DNA of 63,608 nt, counting the filler, from Octopus bimaculoides (lineage: Eukaryota): the NCBI RefSeq assembly GCF_001194135.2. It is 5 parts of 5 records of this genome, joined end to end, with 100 filler letters (N's around TTAATTAATTAA, not from the genome) between each part and the next. Parts side by side here need not be neighbours in the genome. Positions count along the whole stretch, not along the records: positions 26,486 to 30,681 come from NC_068999.1; positions 30,782 to 32,731 come from NW_026313429.1; positions 32,832 to 34,316 come from NC_068982.1; positions 34,417 to 63,608 come from NC_068984.1; 1 more part is not named here. The stretch is one strand, 5' to 3'. Position 1 is the stretch's first letter; each line of letters begins with the position of its first letter. Both the position numbers and the translations under genes were made by a program. Below, in pieces: positions 26,885 to 41,516 of this stretch. The notes below the pieces were generated by a model that worked only from the letters and a program-made list of their open reading frames with translations, was not told where the DNA came from and searched no databases.

Positions 26885-27580
26885 NNNNNNNNNNNNNNNN
26901 NNNNNNNNNNNNNNNNNNNNNNNNNNNNNNNNNNNNNNNNNNNNNNNNNNNNNNNNNNNNNNNNNNNNNNNNNNNNNNNNNNNNNNNNNNNNNNNNNNNN
27001 NNNNNNNNNNNNNNNNNNNNNNNNNNNNNNNNNNNNNNNNNNNNNNNNNNNNNNNNNNNNNNNNNNNNNNNNNNNNNNNNNNNNNNNNNNNNNNNNNNNN
27101 NNNNNNNNNNNNNNNNNNNNNNNNNNNNNNNNNNNNNNNNNNNNNNNNNNNNNNNNNNNNNNNNNNNNNNNNNNNNNNNNNNNNNNNNNNNNNNNNNNNN
27201 NNNNNNNNNNNNNNNNNNNNNNNNNNNNNNNNNNNNNNNNNNNNNNNNNNNNNNNNNNNNNNNNNNNNNNNNNNNNNNNNNNNNNNNNNNNNNNNNNNNN
27301 NNNNNNNNNNNNNNNNNNNNNNNNNNNNNNNNNNNNNNNNNNNNNNNNNNNNNNNNNNNNNNNNNNNNNNNNNNNNNNNNNNNNNNNNNNNNNNNNNNNN
27401 NNNNNNNNNNNNNNNNNNNNNNNNNNNNNNNNNNNNNNNNNNNNNNNNNNNNNNNNNNNNNNNNNNNNNNNNNNNNNNNNNNNNNNNNNNNNNNNNNNNN
27501 NNNNNNNNNNNNNNNNNNNNNNNNNNNNNNNNNNNNNNNNNNNNNNNNNNNNNNNNNNNNNNNNNNNNNNNNNNNNNNNN

Positions 27581-27885
27581 ACCTGTGCTTGCTTGCGATA
27601 AGTCATTCCTGAGAGTATGAGACCTTCAGGCCATTTGACGTTGGGGAAGTTGAAATCACCCATAAGAAATATGGTCACATGGTGTTCCAGTTTCATGAGG
27701 ATTTCTTTAATTCTAGTGAGGCAATCTTCAAATTTGCCTATGTGGTTTGGAGCATCCGGTGGGCAATATGTATTGCATATGACTATATTATGTTGTCTTA
27801 TGTATACAATTAGGGTGTCACATACCGAATTTGAGTATGACAGTAAGACCTGGGGTGTGAGGTCGTCACAGATGTATACAGCAAC
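27581..27885 (-). pseudogene. APE endonuclease fragment, probably of the same LINE
   Basis: VAVYI...ICNTYCPPD...FLMGDFNFPNVKW; same strand and correct order relative to the RT fragment across the gap. Confidence 0.85.
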
Positions 27886-27939
27886 CTGCCAGCATAGAAA
27901 GTTAAACGATGATGATGATGATGATGATATATGAATGCA

Positions 27940-28085
27940 TATGTAAGAGGCTCACTTCTCAACCATATGGTTTCAGGTTCAGTTACATTATGTGGCATTT
28001 CAGTAGATGTCTTTTTCTTTAACCCTAGACTGATTAAAGCCTTGTGAATGCATTTTCAAGATGGAAATTGAAAAAAGTCTATCAT
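27940..28085 (+). mobile_element. SINE family A head (degenerate)
   Basis: AACCATATGGTTTCAGGTTCAGT...AAAGCCTTGTGAATG. Confidence 0.6.
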
Positions 28086-28269
28086 ATACATAAGCATATG
28101 TGTGCATGTGTGTGTTTTTGTGTTTGTGTGTAGCCATGTGGCTATAAATGAACATTACTGTCATACAAGTGGTGTTGTTTGTTTCTAGTTTTCCGTGAAG
28201 TGCATGTCTAGCCAAAGGAAAATATTACCTTGCTTAGAGGTGAGGTTGGAAAACGGTCAGGATGTTGCT

Positions 28270-28740
28270 ACCACTATTAGTAACAAAGGTTTTTTTTTCC
28301 ATCAGAGTGAAGAGTAGATTGCATTTTACTTGTATTAGAACTGTAATGCTGCATAGAAAGAAGACATGGGCCTTGAATGTAGAGGACTTAAAAAAGCTTG
28401 AAAGAAATGAAGTTGATATGCCCTATTGGATGTGCATTGAGTGTGAGCAATAAAGTACAAATGGGGTTGAGAGAAAACCTGAGCATAAGAAGAAACAGAT
28501 GTAGTGTGCAAGAGAGAAGATTGCACTGCTAATGGCATGTGTATGATGCATATGAATGAGGGCGGCTTTGTTAAGAAGTGTTGATCACTTGATATGAATG
28601 GAACTTGTAGAAAACCCAGGAAGACATGGGATGAAGAGGTGAAGGCTGCTCTCAAGACCTTGAATTCATGGAAGAGATGACAAAGAAACAGAATGACTGG
28701 TGATATTTGTTACTTAAGAAAACCAGCCCATCTCAGCAAA
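28270..28740 (+). mobile_element. RTE-clade LINE 3' fragment (degenerate)
   Basis: CIRTVMLHRKKTWALNVEDLKKLERNE...QERRL...PRKTWDEEVK, resembling the RTE C-terminal GRPRKTW motif. Confidence 0.75.
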
Positions 28741-30781
28741 ACTGAAATTCTGGAAGTTTGATATGTATGTAACTGGACCCAACTTCAACCAGTTTCCACC
28801 TCAAGCTGTCCTCAACATCCACCATCTCACTAACTGCAATATTCTGTTGCTGTAATTATATGTGAGTACCAATATACATCTCTCACTCTCTCCATGCACT
28901 ATGCATACTACTTCCTGCTTTATACTTTTGCAGTCAACCCAACCACATGTCACCTCTCTTTCATTCACTTTCTCACATCTTTCCCCTGACTATTGTATCA
29001 TTATTATTATACTATTGTTCTTCACCTCTTTCTGCACTGTCAGTCATCTCCTACTCTCTCTCCTATGTATCCTTGTTATCCACAATTCGCTGCATCTACC
29101 CCCTCCTACCTTATCTCTATAGACATCATCTACTCTTCCCACCTTCCCTCCAATGTATACTTATCATCCCTCAACACTTGTTCTTCATTCATAATATTCA
29201 CTCCTCATCCATACTTCATCTCTAACTTTTACTCTCCTCATTCATTCTTCCCTCTCTACTCTCTTCTATTCACCATGTACTTTAAGGGTCCACCTAAATA
29301 CCTCATTATCATCGTCATTTAACGTCTGTTTCCCGTGCTGGCATGAGTTAAACAGTTTGACTGCAATTGGTAAGCCAGAGAGCTTACCAGTTGCATTTGA
29401 CTTGATTTCTACACTCCATATTTCTTACTCTTTCCTGTTCCATCCTGGTTATTCTCACTCGTCTATAACATAAGTAGCATGTAGCTCCTCTATAGCAAGA
29501 AGTCTGTTCTATTTTTGCCCCTTTTCTCACCCACATTTCCTCACATAAAGCCACCTCACTCTCTGCTGTAGCCCCAATCAATTGAAGAGGATATATCTAT
29601 GGCTACAATGATGTGTAGCTGTATGTGTTTGCTTGAGTGTGTGTACATATGTTTGTGTGTAGATGTTCATTTTAGCCAGACTAGAGAACAGGTACCACTA
29701 CTTTTTTTAAAATTATCTATCATAATTCAAGAGGAAATTCATCAACAAATGTTTCAGGTCCTTGAGTGACAATAAATAGGATTTTGCTTGAGTCAGCTTA
29801 AATATTAGTTGTTATTTAGCTCAGATCAGCTCTAATCAAACAAACTTATGATTAAAAGTACACTTCTTTTTACAGACAATGGTTTATTGCAGACTACATT
29901 ATTCAATGTGTCTTTCATTTTTTTTTTTTTAAGATGGTATAAGGTCAGTTGAGAAAGATTCGACTGCTAATTTTAGCAGGTCAAGTGATTACATAGAGGT
30001 TCCTTCTTTGGTTTGTTTAGATGTTAGCATAGGAAGCTAGTTAATGTTGAAAATAGCAAACAGATCACTTAAGTTATGCATATTAACAATGAAAAGGAAT
30101 TATGGTTGCTAATTGCTTTTAGCAGGGAACCTCATTACTGGACCAGTACAACAAAATATATCTTCTCATCTTTTCCAGATTACTATGGCAAGTGTGGTTG
30201 AATTTCTCATAAAAGTAACTAATTTGCTTATGGTAAAGTGTGTTATACTTCCTCTGCTTCTTTTCAATGGAACAGAGGCCCTATTACACAAACCAGACAA
30301 CTTCCGCTTCTTAAATAATAATTTTTTGTTTTTTTTATGAATAGAATTTATAAGATAAGGTTGACCTCTAATCTCTTGTACACTTGATAGGTGCTGCTGG
30401 TGAAAACCACTTCACTTGGAAACATCAGAGTCTCTGTGAAGAATATCACTAGTCTTCTTAATTTGACTGGCTTTTTTAACATTCATTAATGTTAACAAAG
30501 TTTAGAAATATTTTATTCAAAGACCTGATCATAGGCCTGCTCAATCAGAACTAACCAGGGGCTAAACTACAACAGTATGTAATATTATATACATGTGAAT
30601 AAAATAGTCTTCATTTTACATTAGAACTATAATGACCAGCCTAACTTTTTTAAATTTCTTATGTTTCAATATATATATATANNNNNNNNNNNNNNNNNNN
30701 NNNNNNNNNNNNNNNNNNNNNNNNNTTAATTAATTAANNNNNNNNNNNNNNNNNNNNNNNNNNNNNNNNNNNNNNNNNNNN

Positions 30782-30878
30782 AAATAATTTTTAATTTCAT
30801 TAGACATTCTAAAATACTATTAAATTTCATTGAATTTAAAAAAAGGTTAAATCGGACAGAACTTACTGGATGACCTGA
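30782..30878 (+). mobile_element. Mariner terminal fragment
   Basis: TCGGACAGAACTTACTGGATGACCTGATA matches the terminus of the element at 38422. Confidence 0.7.
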
Positions 30879-30879
30879 T

Positions 30880-32010
30880 ACATACATATACACACACACA
30901 TAAATATATATACATACATACACACACATACATATGTACATACATACACACATGCGTACATACATACGCATATACACATACATATACACGTATATGCACA
31001 CACACCTCTATATGCGCACACACACACAGATGTATACACGTACACATGCACACGGATGTATACACAAACACAAGTGCACACACACAGGTGTATACAAACA
31101 CACAACGGTGTGTACAAAGCACACGCACACATACCGGTGTACACAAACACACATAGGTGTTCACAAACACATGCACAGGTATACACAAGCACACACAGGT
31201 GTACACATTTATATACGCACAGGTGTACATAAATACACTCACAGGTGTACGCACACACGCGAGCACACCCAGGCACGGTTACACACACATGCGCGTATAC
31301 GCTCACACACACGCGTATACACACTCACACAAACGCGTATAGACACACACACGGGTATAGATAAAAGCACGAGTATACACACACACGTCCTAACACACAC
31401 ACGTCCTTACACACACACGTCCTTACACACACACGTCCTTACACACACACACACACACGTGTATACACACACGTACGCACCCGCACATGTCAATACATCC
31501 ACGCACGTGTATACACCCACGCACTTGTATACACACGTATATACACACACATGTATACACACGTATATACACACACACGCATACGTTTGTATGTACACGC
31601 ATACATATTCACATATATATATATATATATACATACGTACACATGCACACATAAACAATCACACACACACATTCAAACACACACGAGCACCCCCGCGCAA
31701 AGACACACATACAATTAAATGCATACATATAAGTACATACACACACACATGTACACACACATATTTACACACATACAGATACAAACATATCCATACACAT
31801 AAAATATACCCACCCCCATATACACATACATACACATATACACATGCATGCACACATACATATAAACACATGCATACATGCACACGCTGGCTTTCATAAA
31901 CACATAAACGCATACATAGATACACACATACATATACATACACACATACACATAGAGATACGCATACATAAACACAATCACACTTATACAGGCACATGCA
32001 CACACATACA
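30880..32010. repeat. Long degenerate (CA/TA)-rich low-complexity tract including a 16-bp unit x4 (ACGTCCTWACACACAC, about 31385-31445)
   Basis: Read directly from the sequence. Confidence 0.9.
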
Positions 32011-33177
32011 GGAGCATATATTTCTACTACATATGTGGGGAAATTCTGTCTGCGGGTATGTTTGTGGAATTGTTAGCTAACTCCTCCTACATCGTTTTAT
32101 CGATTTTGACGAAACTTGACACGTGAGTGGAACTCATGTCACGAAACCTCATGGCATACTCAGATTGTTGAAAAAAATCAATAATAGGGCCACTGGAAGG
32201 GATCCTTGTATATAGCCGAGGGAAATAACCCATTCGTTTTCCTAAATTATTCGGTAACAATGAAATTGAGTATGCTTATTTCTTAGTATTTGAACTATTT
32301 GAGTTATTTTCGCAATTTATCCAGTACAACCCTTAAACAAGTAAATGATATTTTCCTAAACAATAGATTCACTTATTTCGGTTAGTTCTTATTCACGAAT
32401 ATAGCAACACTAGCGCCCCTGAGGGTAATATTCTCTGTGAACGCACAAAAGCCCTTTTCAGAGTTATTTACTTTGAATTGTTATCTCATATCTGATTAGC
32501 TTGTTATTACGTAACATGCTTCACGATCTTAATATATATACCTTATTAATATTTCCTCCTATGTTCTATATACTCTGGGAACGCATTAAATCCCTTTTCG
32601 GGGCTACTTTATTTGAATTCTTACTATCGGGTAACTAATTTTATGTTATTACATAACTGAATTCACAATTTGAGTATTCACAACTTATTAGGAAGTCCTA
32701 AAAACAAGATCCTGTGTAAGACAGTTCGGTANNNNNNNNNNNNNNNNNNNNNNNNNNNNNNNNNNNNNNNNNNNNTTAATTAATTAANNNNNNNNNNNNN
32801 NNNNNNNNNNNNNNNNNNNNNNNNNNNNNNNATATATACATATATATATGCATATGAATGTATGTATTTTATAGCGATGCGAACAGGAATGAGAGGGAAA
32901 AGTGTACTCAAAACTATATCAGAGTTCTATATATATTATATTGTGTTTGAGGCTGAATCCTGACAAACGACCGCAATGAATATTTCTGTAACACGTAACT
33001 CGGAGTACTGTTCTCTGAAGTTTTAGGTCACTTTGATTATATAGTTACGCACAAAAATGAACATATACTCTCACTGACACGATGGCAGTCCTTACTCCGA
33101 GAAAGACATTCTGAAATTTCTTGCCGAACAAGTTGCGTAAACGATTTGTCTATAGTGATCAAATATTTATGCTGAAC

Positions 33178-33550
33178 TTTAGCTCACTTCATCCATCAAG
33201 TCGACGTTGCCTGAACAGGTGGTGCACGGTGTACCACTCGTCAGGTCCCGTAGTTATCACAGAGCGACGTGAGATAATGTCATTTGCTCAAGAACACAAC
33301 GCACCACACTGTCCAGGAACTTAAACCTTGATCATTCGATCGTGAGTACGTTACCGTAGCCAATAGGCCATAAAGCCTCGCTCACTGAAACATACGCTAT
33401 ATAAGTAAGTGTATATATATATAAACATATATGTAGGCACATGGCCTAGTGATTAGGTTTTGCGGGTCACGATTATAAAGTCATAAGTCTGATTCCTGGA
33501 GTAGACGTGAATTTTGTGTACTTGGGTAAGGTACTTCACTTCACATTGTT
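33178..33550. mobile_element. Two degenerate family B-like SINEs, back to back (33178-33375 minus; 33436-33550 plus)
   Basis: TTGCTCAAGAACACAACGC core; TGGCCTAGTGATTAGG A-box-like head. Confidence 0.55.
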
Positions 33551-33587
33551 CCAATTATAATATATATATATATATATNNNNNNNNNN

Positions 33588-33631
<44 letters not shown>

Positions 33632-34489
33632 TCAACCTTATTTTCTTTCTAACAACCGATCGTCTGCTTTTGATGCAATTTATTTATTGCATGGATAAAC
33701 ATATTTCCTTTTTTTCTCTCTAAATTAGTTTGATATAAGCATGCATGCTATTACAAAATTTACCATAACATATCTTTCAGACCCGCATTGCGTTTCGTTT
33801 CCATAATTATATTCTTAATATCTCTGATATATTTTTTAATTTGTTTCCTTCTATTACACACACGCGTGCCCCACGCACGCACACACGCACGCATGCACAC
33901 CCGCACGCACGCACGCACCCGCACACACACTCACACACACACACACACACGCACACACACACACGCACACACTCACAAACGTGCACGCGCGCATTTTAGT
34001 CTTCTCTCGTTCTGTATTTCTTCATCATCAACAGTTTTGACGCTAATTTTTTTTCTACATTATTCCTTTCAAAAACCTTTCTTTCTTACACACACATACA
34101 CGCACACACACACACACACACACGGACACACACACACACACACGCACACACACACACGCACATATAAATGTATGTATGTAGATATATATATATATACTAT
34201 ATATATATATATACACATTTACACATATGTATATGAACATACATAATCACATACATACAAACATATCTGAATTCACATACAATCACACACCTACATATGT
34301 GTGTGTATATATATATNNNNNNNNNNNNNNNNNNNNNNNNNNNNNNNNNNNNNNNNNNNNTTAATTAATTAANNNNNNNNNNNNNNNNNNNNNNNNNNNN
34401 NNNNNNNNNNNNNNNNTATATATATATAAACAAATAGTAAATGAGTATATGCATATATACGTACAGGTATGTGCATACCGACATCCACC

Positions 34490-34760
34490 TGTATGTATAG
34501 GTGCATATCTGGGTACAGGACATTGCAAACAAAACGAGGACGAGAAAACACACAAGCCACATAGAGAACATTCTACTTCATCAGCTACCCCCGTTTTAAC
34601 AGCGGCGAGAGGGTGCGTTATTTTTCTTTGTACATGTGCGTGTAAGTGCGCACATAAGAATAGTGGTGTCAGTGAGACTTTGAAGTTTTGGCTTGCTAGC
34701 TTACGGTGAATAGTCAGATGAAGGATAAGCATGCCGAAACTATGAGGACGCTGCCAACGC
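34490..34760. mobile_element. Penelope-like terminal remnants
   Basis: 34490-34590 is the reverse complement of the 11890-11995 family; CAGATGAAGG...CCGAAAC at 34715-34740. Confidence 0.5.
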
Positions 34761-35025
34761 TCTTGTATAGATATATTGATGAGAGACAAACATATCAAGC
34801 ACGCACTCACACACACACATATAGAAAGCTTGACAGACAGACAGATAGATAGATACCTAAATACAAGCACAAGTATACGTAATAACGCAAGCGCACTAGA
34901 AAACCTGCCAAAAGACAGGGCCACATGTTCCTGCAAAAACACATACTACAAAAACCAAGTAACTAAAGAAAAATATTTTCGCACATATAGTCACAAACTA
35001 CAATTACACAAACATAAGTATAGAG

Positions 35026-35078
<53 letters not shown>

Positions 35079-35461
35079 CACACACACACACACATTCAAA
35101 CTCACTTAGAATCTTAGAACAAATAGACGTGTTGGCACACCAAGATATTTGTCTCCAAGATACCAATTTCTGACACACTTGACCCCTCTGTATCTCTTCA
35201 TTCCCACACATTCATAACAAGATGGGTTCACCAGCACCGAATGTTTTGTGTGCCTTATAAAGTCCTTGTATGTGTGCATGCGTGCAAGAATATATATGTG
35301 TGTGTATGTGTGAGAGTATTTATGTACGTGCTTGTGTGAATCTACACGGCTAAGATTACATACACTCACGCTCACACACACACACACACACATACACGCA
35401 CTCATATATATGTTAAAACTTATCCCTCCTGTGTTGTCTTTTTTTGTTTTTATTCATTCCA

Positions 35462-35502
<41 letters not shown>

Positions 35503-35983
35503 NNNNNNNNNNNNNNNNNNNNNNNNNNNNNNNNNNNNNNNNNNNNNNNNNNNNNNNNNNNNNNNNNNNNNNNNNNNNNNNNNNNNNNNNNNNNNNNNNN
35601 NNNNNNNNNNNNNNNNNNNNNNNNNNNNNNNNNNNNNNNNNNNNNNNNNNNNNNNNNNNNNNNNNNNNNNNNNNNNNNNNNNNNNNNNNNNNNNNNNNNN
35701 NNNNNNNNNNNNNNNNNNNNNNNNNNNNNNNNNNNNNNNNNNNNNNNNNNNNNNNNNNNNNNNNNNNNNNNNNNNNNNNNNNNNNNNNNNNNNNNNNNNN
35801 NNNNNNNNNNNNNNNNNNNNNNNNNNNNNNNNNNNNNNNNNNNNNNNNNNNNNNNNNNNNNNNNNNNNNNNNNNNNNNNNNNNNNNNNNNNNNNNNNNNN
35901 NNNNNNNNNNNNNNNNNNNNNNNNNNNNNNNNNNNNNNNNNNNNNNNNNNNNNNNNNNNNNNNNNNNNNNNNNNNNNNNNNNN

Positions 35984-36037
<54 letters not shown>

Positions 36038-36038
36038 G

Positions 36039-36111
<73 letters not shown>

Positions 36112-36112
36112 G
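35984..36112. repeat. (ATCT)n tetranucleotide microsatellite
   Basis: Read directly from the sequence. Confidence 0.97.
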
Positions 36113-36795
36113 TTTGTCTGACTTTCTCTCCAACTATCTACCTACTTATGTATATCTTTTTCTATCTACCCACCTATCTAGTTTTTCGGCTACCTGACTA
36201 TAAAGAATGTACAAATTCTCGATTATTTAAAAATGACTCTCTTCCTCGTTTGTGTAACAAATTAAGCGCACGCGCGCGTGTTTTCGTGTGTGCGAGCATG
36301 CTTGCATGTGCGTACGTGATGCGTGTGTGTATGTGTGTGTGTGTTTGAAAAAGATGTGACGGGTAAGAGGGAGAAAAGGCTCAGTCGAATGAAACATTGA
36401 ACTAACTGTACGACTTACAAAATGTCATCCCCATCCAGTGCATCTTAAAACAAGCCAACCTGGTGTATCTCCCTACGTATTTGTTGAGAGGTGTTCGGTC
36501 GTAGCACTGTAAATTAGCATAGGTGTCAAATGGTCGAATAAGAGCTATCTGCTGATGGATCATAACCAATTTTCCTCTATTTCTTTTCTTATGTTTTTTT
36601 TTGGGGGTTTTTTTTTGCGCAGAGGTTGTGCATAGAAATTTGCCCGTGCACACATTTTATCTTCCTTTGAAAATTATATTCTCATTTATGTAAGTAACCA
36701 TCGTCAGTTTTCAAAAGAAATTCGGTTTTATCTTGAATACAATTTTGAAGAACCAAAGACATAGAAATCCTTTGGCCGAGTACCCATTCTCAATC

Positions 36796-36990
36796 CTCTT
36801 TTACTCTTTTACTTGTTTCAGTCATTTGACTGCGGCCATGCTGGAGCACCGCCTTTAGTCGAGCAAATCGACCCCGGGACTTATTCTTTGTAAGCCTAGT
36901 ACTTATTCTATCGGTCTCTTTTGCCGAACCGCTAATTGACGGGGACATAAACACACAAGCATCGGTTGTCAAGCAATGCTAGAGGGGACA
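36796..36990 (-). mobile_element. SINE family A tail module (young-looking)
   Basis: Nearly identical to the reverse complement of 23740-23970. Confidence 0.88.
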
Positions 36991-37020
36991 AACACAGACA
37001 CACAAACACACACATACACA

Positions 37021-37052
<32 letters not shown>

Positions 37053-37432
37053 NNNNNNNNNNNNNNNNNNNNNNNNNNNNNNNNNNNNNNNNNNNNNNNN
37101 NNNNNNNNNNNNNNNNNNNNNNNNNNNNNNNNNNNNNNNNNNNNNNNNNNNNNNNNNNNNNNNNNNNNNNNNNNNNNNNNNNNNNNNNNNNNNNNNNNNN
37201 NNNNNNNNNNNNNNNNNNNNNNNNNNNNNNNNNNNNNNNNNNNNNNNNNNNNNNNNNNNNNNNNNNNNNNNNNNNNNNNNNNNNNNNNNNNNNNNNNNNN
37301 NNNNNNNNNNNNNNNNNNNNNNNNNNNNNNNNNNNNNNNNNNNNNNNNNNNNNNNNNNNNNNNNNNNNNNNNNNNNNNNNNNNNNNNNNNNNNNNNNNNN
37401 NNNNNNNNNNNNNNNNNNNNNNNNNNNNNNNC

Positions 37433-37731
37433 AAGTGGCTGAGCACTCCACAGACACGTGTACTTTTAACGTAGTTCTCGGGGATATTCAGCGTGACACA
37501 GTGTGACAAGACTGGCCCTTTGAATTACAGGCACAACAGAAACAGGAAGTAAGAGTGAGAGAAAGTTGTGGTGGAAGTGTACAGCAGGGTTCGTCACTAT
37601 CCCCTGCCGGAGCCTCGTGGAACTTTAGGTGTTTTCGCTCAATAAACACTCACAACGCCCGGTCTGGGAATCGAAACCGCGATCCTATGACCGCGAGTCC
37701 GCTGCCCTAATCACTGGGCCATTGCGCCTCC
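37433..37731 (-). mobile_element. tRNA-derived SINE, family B variant
   Basis: Head GGAGGCGCAATGGCCCAGTGATTAGGGCAGCGGACTCGCGG...GGTTTCGATTCCC (A and B boxes); 3' domain shared with 42580-42680. Confidence 0.85.
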
Positions 37732-38251
37732 ACACCGTGGATCTATAGAACCTATAAAACATTCAAACATTTCAAACCAATAAATTAGCATTACACATAA
37801 TATAAGTAATTTCATTTGTACCATACTAAACTGAATTTCTGGCGCCTGTAACCCATTATTCATATTTTACTTACGCACACCATTTCCTTATGACCTATAT
37901 GACTTATTGTGTAACATCTTTAACCCAATTTACACTTAGTGCCCTTTGCACTAATACATAAATTTCTCATTTCTTTTTCCTTTGCCCTTCACTTTTTAAC
38001 CTACATAAAACTAAAGCCCTACTTGTAATAATTTTATATATAATTCTCTTATATTTTCCGTTTTTCCATCTAAATTACAATTTACTGTTTACATTGTAGA
38101 TTTCTTGCAACCACTTAGAATTTTTCTATGCATTTTTCCTAGAAGCTTTATCTCCCGTCTTCGACTACTCCACATTCCTGGAGTTCTGATCATAACACTC
38201 TGTGTGACAGTTAGACCAACCATTTTGCATTTGTTGAAGTTTGCTTGGCAA

Positions 38252-38286
<35 letters not shown>

Positions 38287-38314
38287 TATACGTACATATA
38301 TATATGTACATTTG

Positions 38315-38351
<37 letters not shown>

Positions 38352-38368
38352 NNNNNNNNNNNNNNNNN

Positions 38369-38408
<40 letters not shown>

Positions 38409-38421
38409 TACATATATATAT

Positions 38422-38920
38422 ATCAGGTCATCTCATAAGTTCTGTCCGAATTTTGAATAAAGAAAACAAGTGATTAAATGCTATATTTAATTGAAATTTA
38501 ATCACCAATGTACTTTCCCTGATTATCTATGACTTTCTTCCATCTATTTACAAGTGTTTTAATCCCATCAATGTAAAACTCTTTTGGTTTCAAAGCGAAG
38601 AACTCTGAAATGTCAGTTTCGACCTCCTCCGAAACAAATGGTAGTCTGAAGGAGCAAGGTCGAGAGAATAAGGTGAATGATGAATTCTTTCCCAACCAAG
38701 CTCTTCGATCTTCTGTGATGTGATCTTTGCAGTGTGGGGTCGCGCATTGTCCTGATGAACCATCACTCCTTTTCGATTCACTAAAGCGGGTCTTTTTTTC
38801 TTCAAAGCTTGATTCAAACGCTCTTATTGCTGACAGTAGACTTGAGCATTGATTGTTGCATTAGGTGGTAACAATTCAAAGTGAATTACTCCTTTGCAAT
38901 CCCACCAGATAGAGAGAGGA
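38422..38920 (-). mobile_element. Mariner (DD34D-type) transposase 3' fragment with terminus
   Basis: LSIWWDCKGVIHFELLP...HQDNARPHTA...PYSLDLAPSDYHLFR...GIKTLVNRWKKVIDNQGKYI; end TA-TCAGGTCATCTCATAAGTTCTGTCCGA. Confidence 0.92.
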
Positions 38921-40225
38921 AGCTTTTTTTTATATGAAGTGGAATTGACTATAGTCTATCCATCACTGCAACTGGTCAATTATATTTGAACCACGGGCAA
39001 AAGTTAAAACAGTTTCAGGGGATATGTATATAAAGAAGAAAACGAACCAGTAAATAAAGGGTGCAAGGGTGCGGGGGGAAAAGACTATGATATAAGTGCT
39101 AGAAGGCCGCTTATGACCTTCTGCAACTTTTCAACATAAATAAGAATTAAATAAATTTATAAATACTGTCAGTGAACTAGTACAACTAGTACAGGAGGTG
39201 CATACAAATAGAATAACCTACTAAAAATAATGCTGATTTTTACACACTAGATAGCCATTAAAATTCCAAGTGATGGTAATAATCGACAAACAAGTAAATG
39301 TGTACATGTACCTAAGGAAATTTCACCCTATGGGTGCACGAAAGGGCAAAAGCACAAAATCACAAACATTTAAGCGATTAAAATTTAAAATCAAATCACA
39401 TGCTAATTACTACCATGGTAACAATCTCCATGTTCCAGCACAGTTTACGAAATAACATTTAATATGTATTACATTATCCTAAAAGTTAGATTGTTCATAT
39501 CAATAAATTTATTCATTATATTAACCCTTCCGTAGGTGCAGCCATACTGGGTCTACCAACGAATTACACTTTCAATCATACATAGTAAATCCAAGTGTAC
39601 TAATATCTCCTGGGAAGTTAGCTACTGCAGTGTCCAAGTACAGACGTATACAATCTAGAGTGGGGAAAAGTAACATTGAGTTCATTAAATTAAATTCTAC
39701 AGTGGGTAGGACTATTAGGGTCTATTTTAAGTAGAGCTGGACAAATATGCTGGTAGAAAATTAAGTCCAGATTACAAGTGCCAACAAGCACATCCATGGT
39801 ATAAAAGGTACAAGAAAATAAAATAAAATATATAAAATAACATTTAAATTAAAAATTAAGATTAATTACCGGGGGTCATAACATTGGGGTTTAAATAACT
39901 ATGTCCTCTGTGTTCTCAATTAAGTTCGTGATTGAAATATCTGGCATTTGTAAAGGGGTTGGTGGGTTATATTAAGAAGAAATGGCTTAATAAGTATAAG
40001 ACGTAGGTAGTTGTTATGGGTGAGGAGTGGGATCTAAACTCAGAATTTGGGTTAAAGGATAGGGGTATTATTATAAAACACCTGCAAGGGCCCTGGTATT
40101 ACTACTAGCAAAACTAGCTTTAATTAAGGAGTATATATGTGACCTTCAAGTTAATATCAAGGGCTACTATTTCTATGGTGAGGGGTCCTTGGTACGATTT
40201 TGGGGTGGCATAAGGGTTTCTAGTG

Positions 40226-41516
40226 TTATTTATATTTAGCGAAGGTAAGCCTCTCCTTGTGCAGGCAAGCTAGGCTTCTCTCTTCTCTTAAATTCAATAG
40301 TGGGTGTTGTGCGGCTAGAATGAAAAAAAATTCATTGATGCAAAGATAACATTTCCTATTTTTTACATTGTACGAAGGTGCAGAGGCGAGGATCTCCCAT
40401 TCTAATGTGAAGCTAATATCACTATCTTTGAGTTCCCAGATATGCTTACTTAATTCAGTCGAGTTAATTCTATTTCTATTTCTGAAAGAGTGTTGATGTA
40501 CGGCTAGTCGACGTTTCATTTCATTTTGGGTAGCTCCTAAGTAACTCCTTTTATTAAACTGTGTTGTGACTGTGCATTGGTAAATTACGTCCTTAATTCT
40601 ACAAGTATTTCCGAGGGCACAATTCTCCCTATTCCTACAGTCACATAGATTGTGCTGTGGTGAGAAATTGCTTTCTAGTGGGGTACAGCTAGTTCTATTG
40701 AAATTGTTAGGGCTGTTATGGCTCTGAGTGTTCCCTTTACTAAGATTGGGTAGGGTTTATTGTTTTTATTCTTACTATTACCGCCGTCGTTATTATTGTT
40801 GCTTTTATTTAAATAGAAAACGTCTAGATTTTTTTTTATTCAGGGAAGATATGATGCTCGCTAAGTTATGCGTAAGACTATAACCTATCCTTATTATTCT
40901 ACTATTTATAAGTTTCGAATACCTGTTATTCTTATCAAAGTGCTCATTTATAATGTTAAATATTTGCTTAACTAAATCGGTCTTTATTTGCATCGCAAAT
41001 GGGAGTATGATCCAGACCATGTCTCCCAATTTACCAGTAGTCTTATCAAGCAACACATGTTTATAATTGCTAGGGTATTGCATACGATGTATATGTATAT
41101 TTTCATTAGTTCTATTATCAAGGCTCTGCGCATTTATACCGCCATTAGTGGTGCTAGGACTAGGTTTACGCTGGTAGTATTTCGAGTTGCTACTATGGTC
41201 TTTATTACTGCTGTCTTCATGGTTAGTGGGTTTATTAGCATCATTCGTCCTTCGTCCAGTTCTCCTCGTTATTCCACCTGTTGTATTTTTGTTATTTTTG
41301 TACTTACTCATATTGTTACTAAATCCTATCCTATTAATATCGTGAGCTATAGTTTTGTGTGCTTTATTACATCGCTTAGGTGTATGGCCATGTACTGTAT
41401 TGTTGCGGTTAATATAGTCGTTACTATTTCTGTTCATTGCAGGCTCGTGCGGGATATATTTGATTCTACGTCTATAGCCTGCATCTTTAATTGCCTTATC
41501 GTACTTACCTTTATGA

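Noticed and set aside
30113-30460. Unique-looking sequence with a short ORF on a small scaffold
   Set aside because: Stops occur in all extended frames and no family motif is recognised.
40590-40650. Selenocysteine recoding in the Naiad linker
   Set aside because: The four conserved Cys codons read TGT, not TGA.
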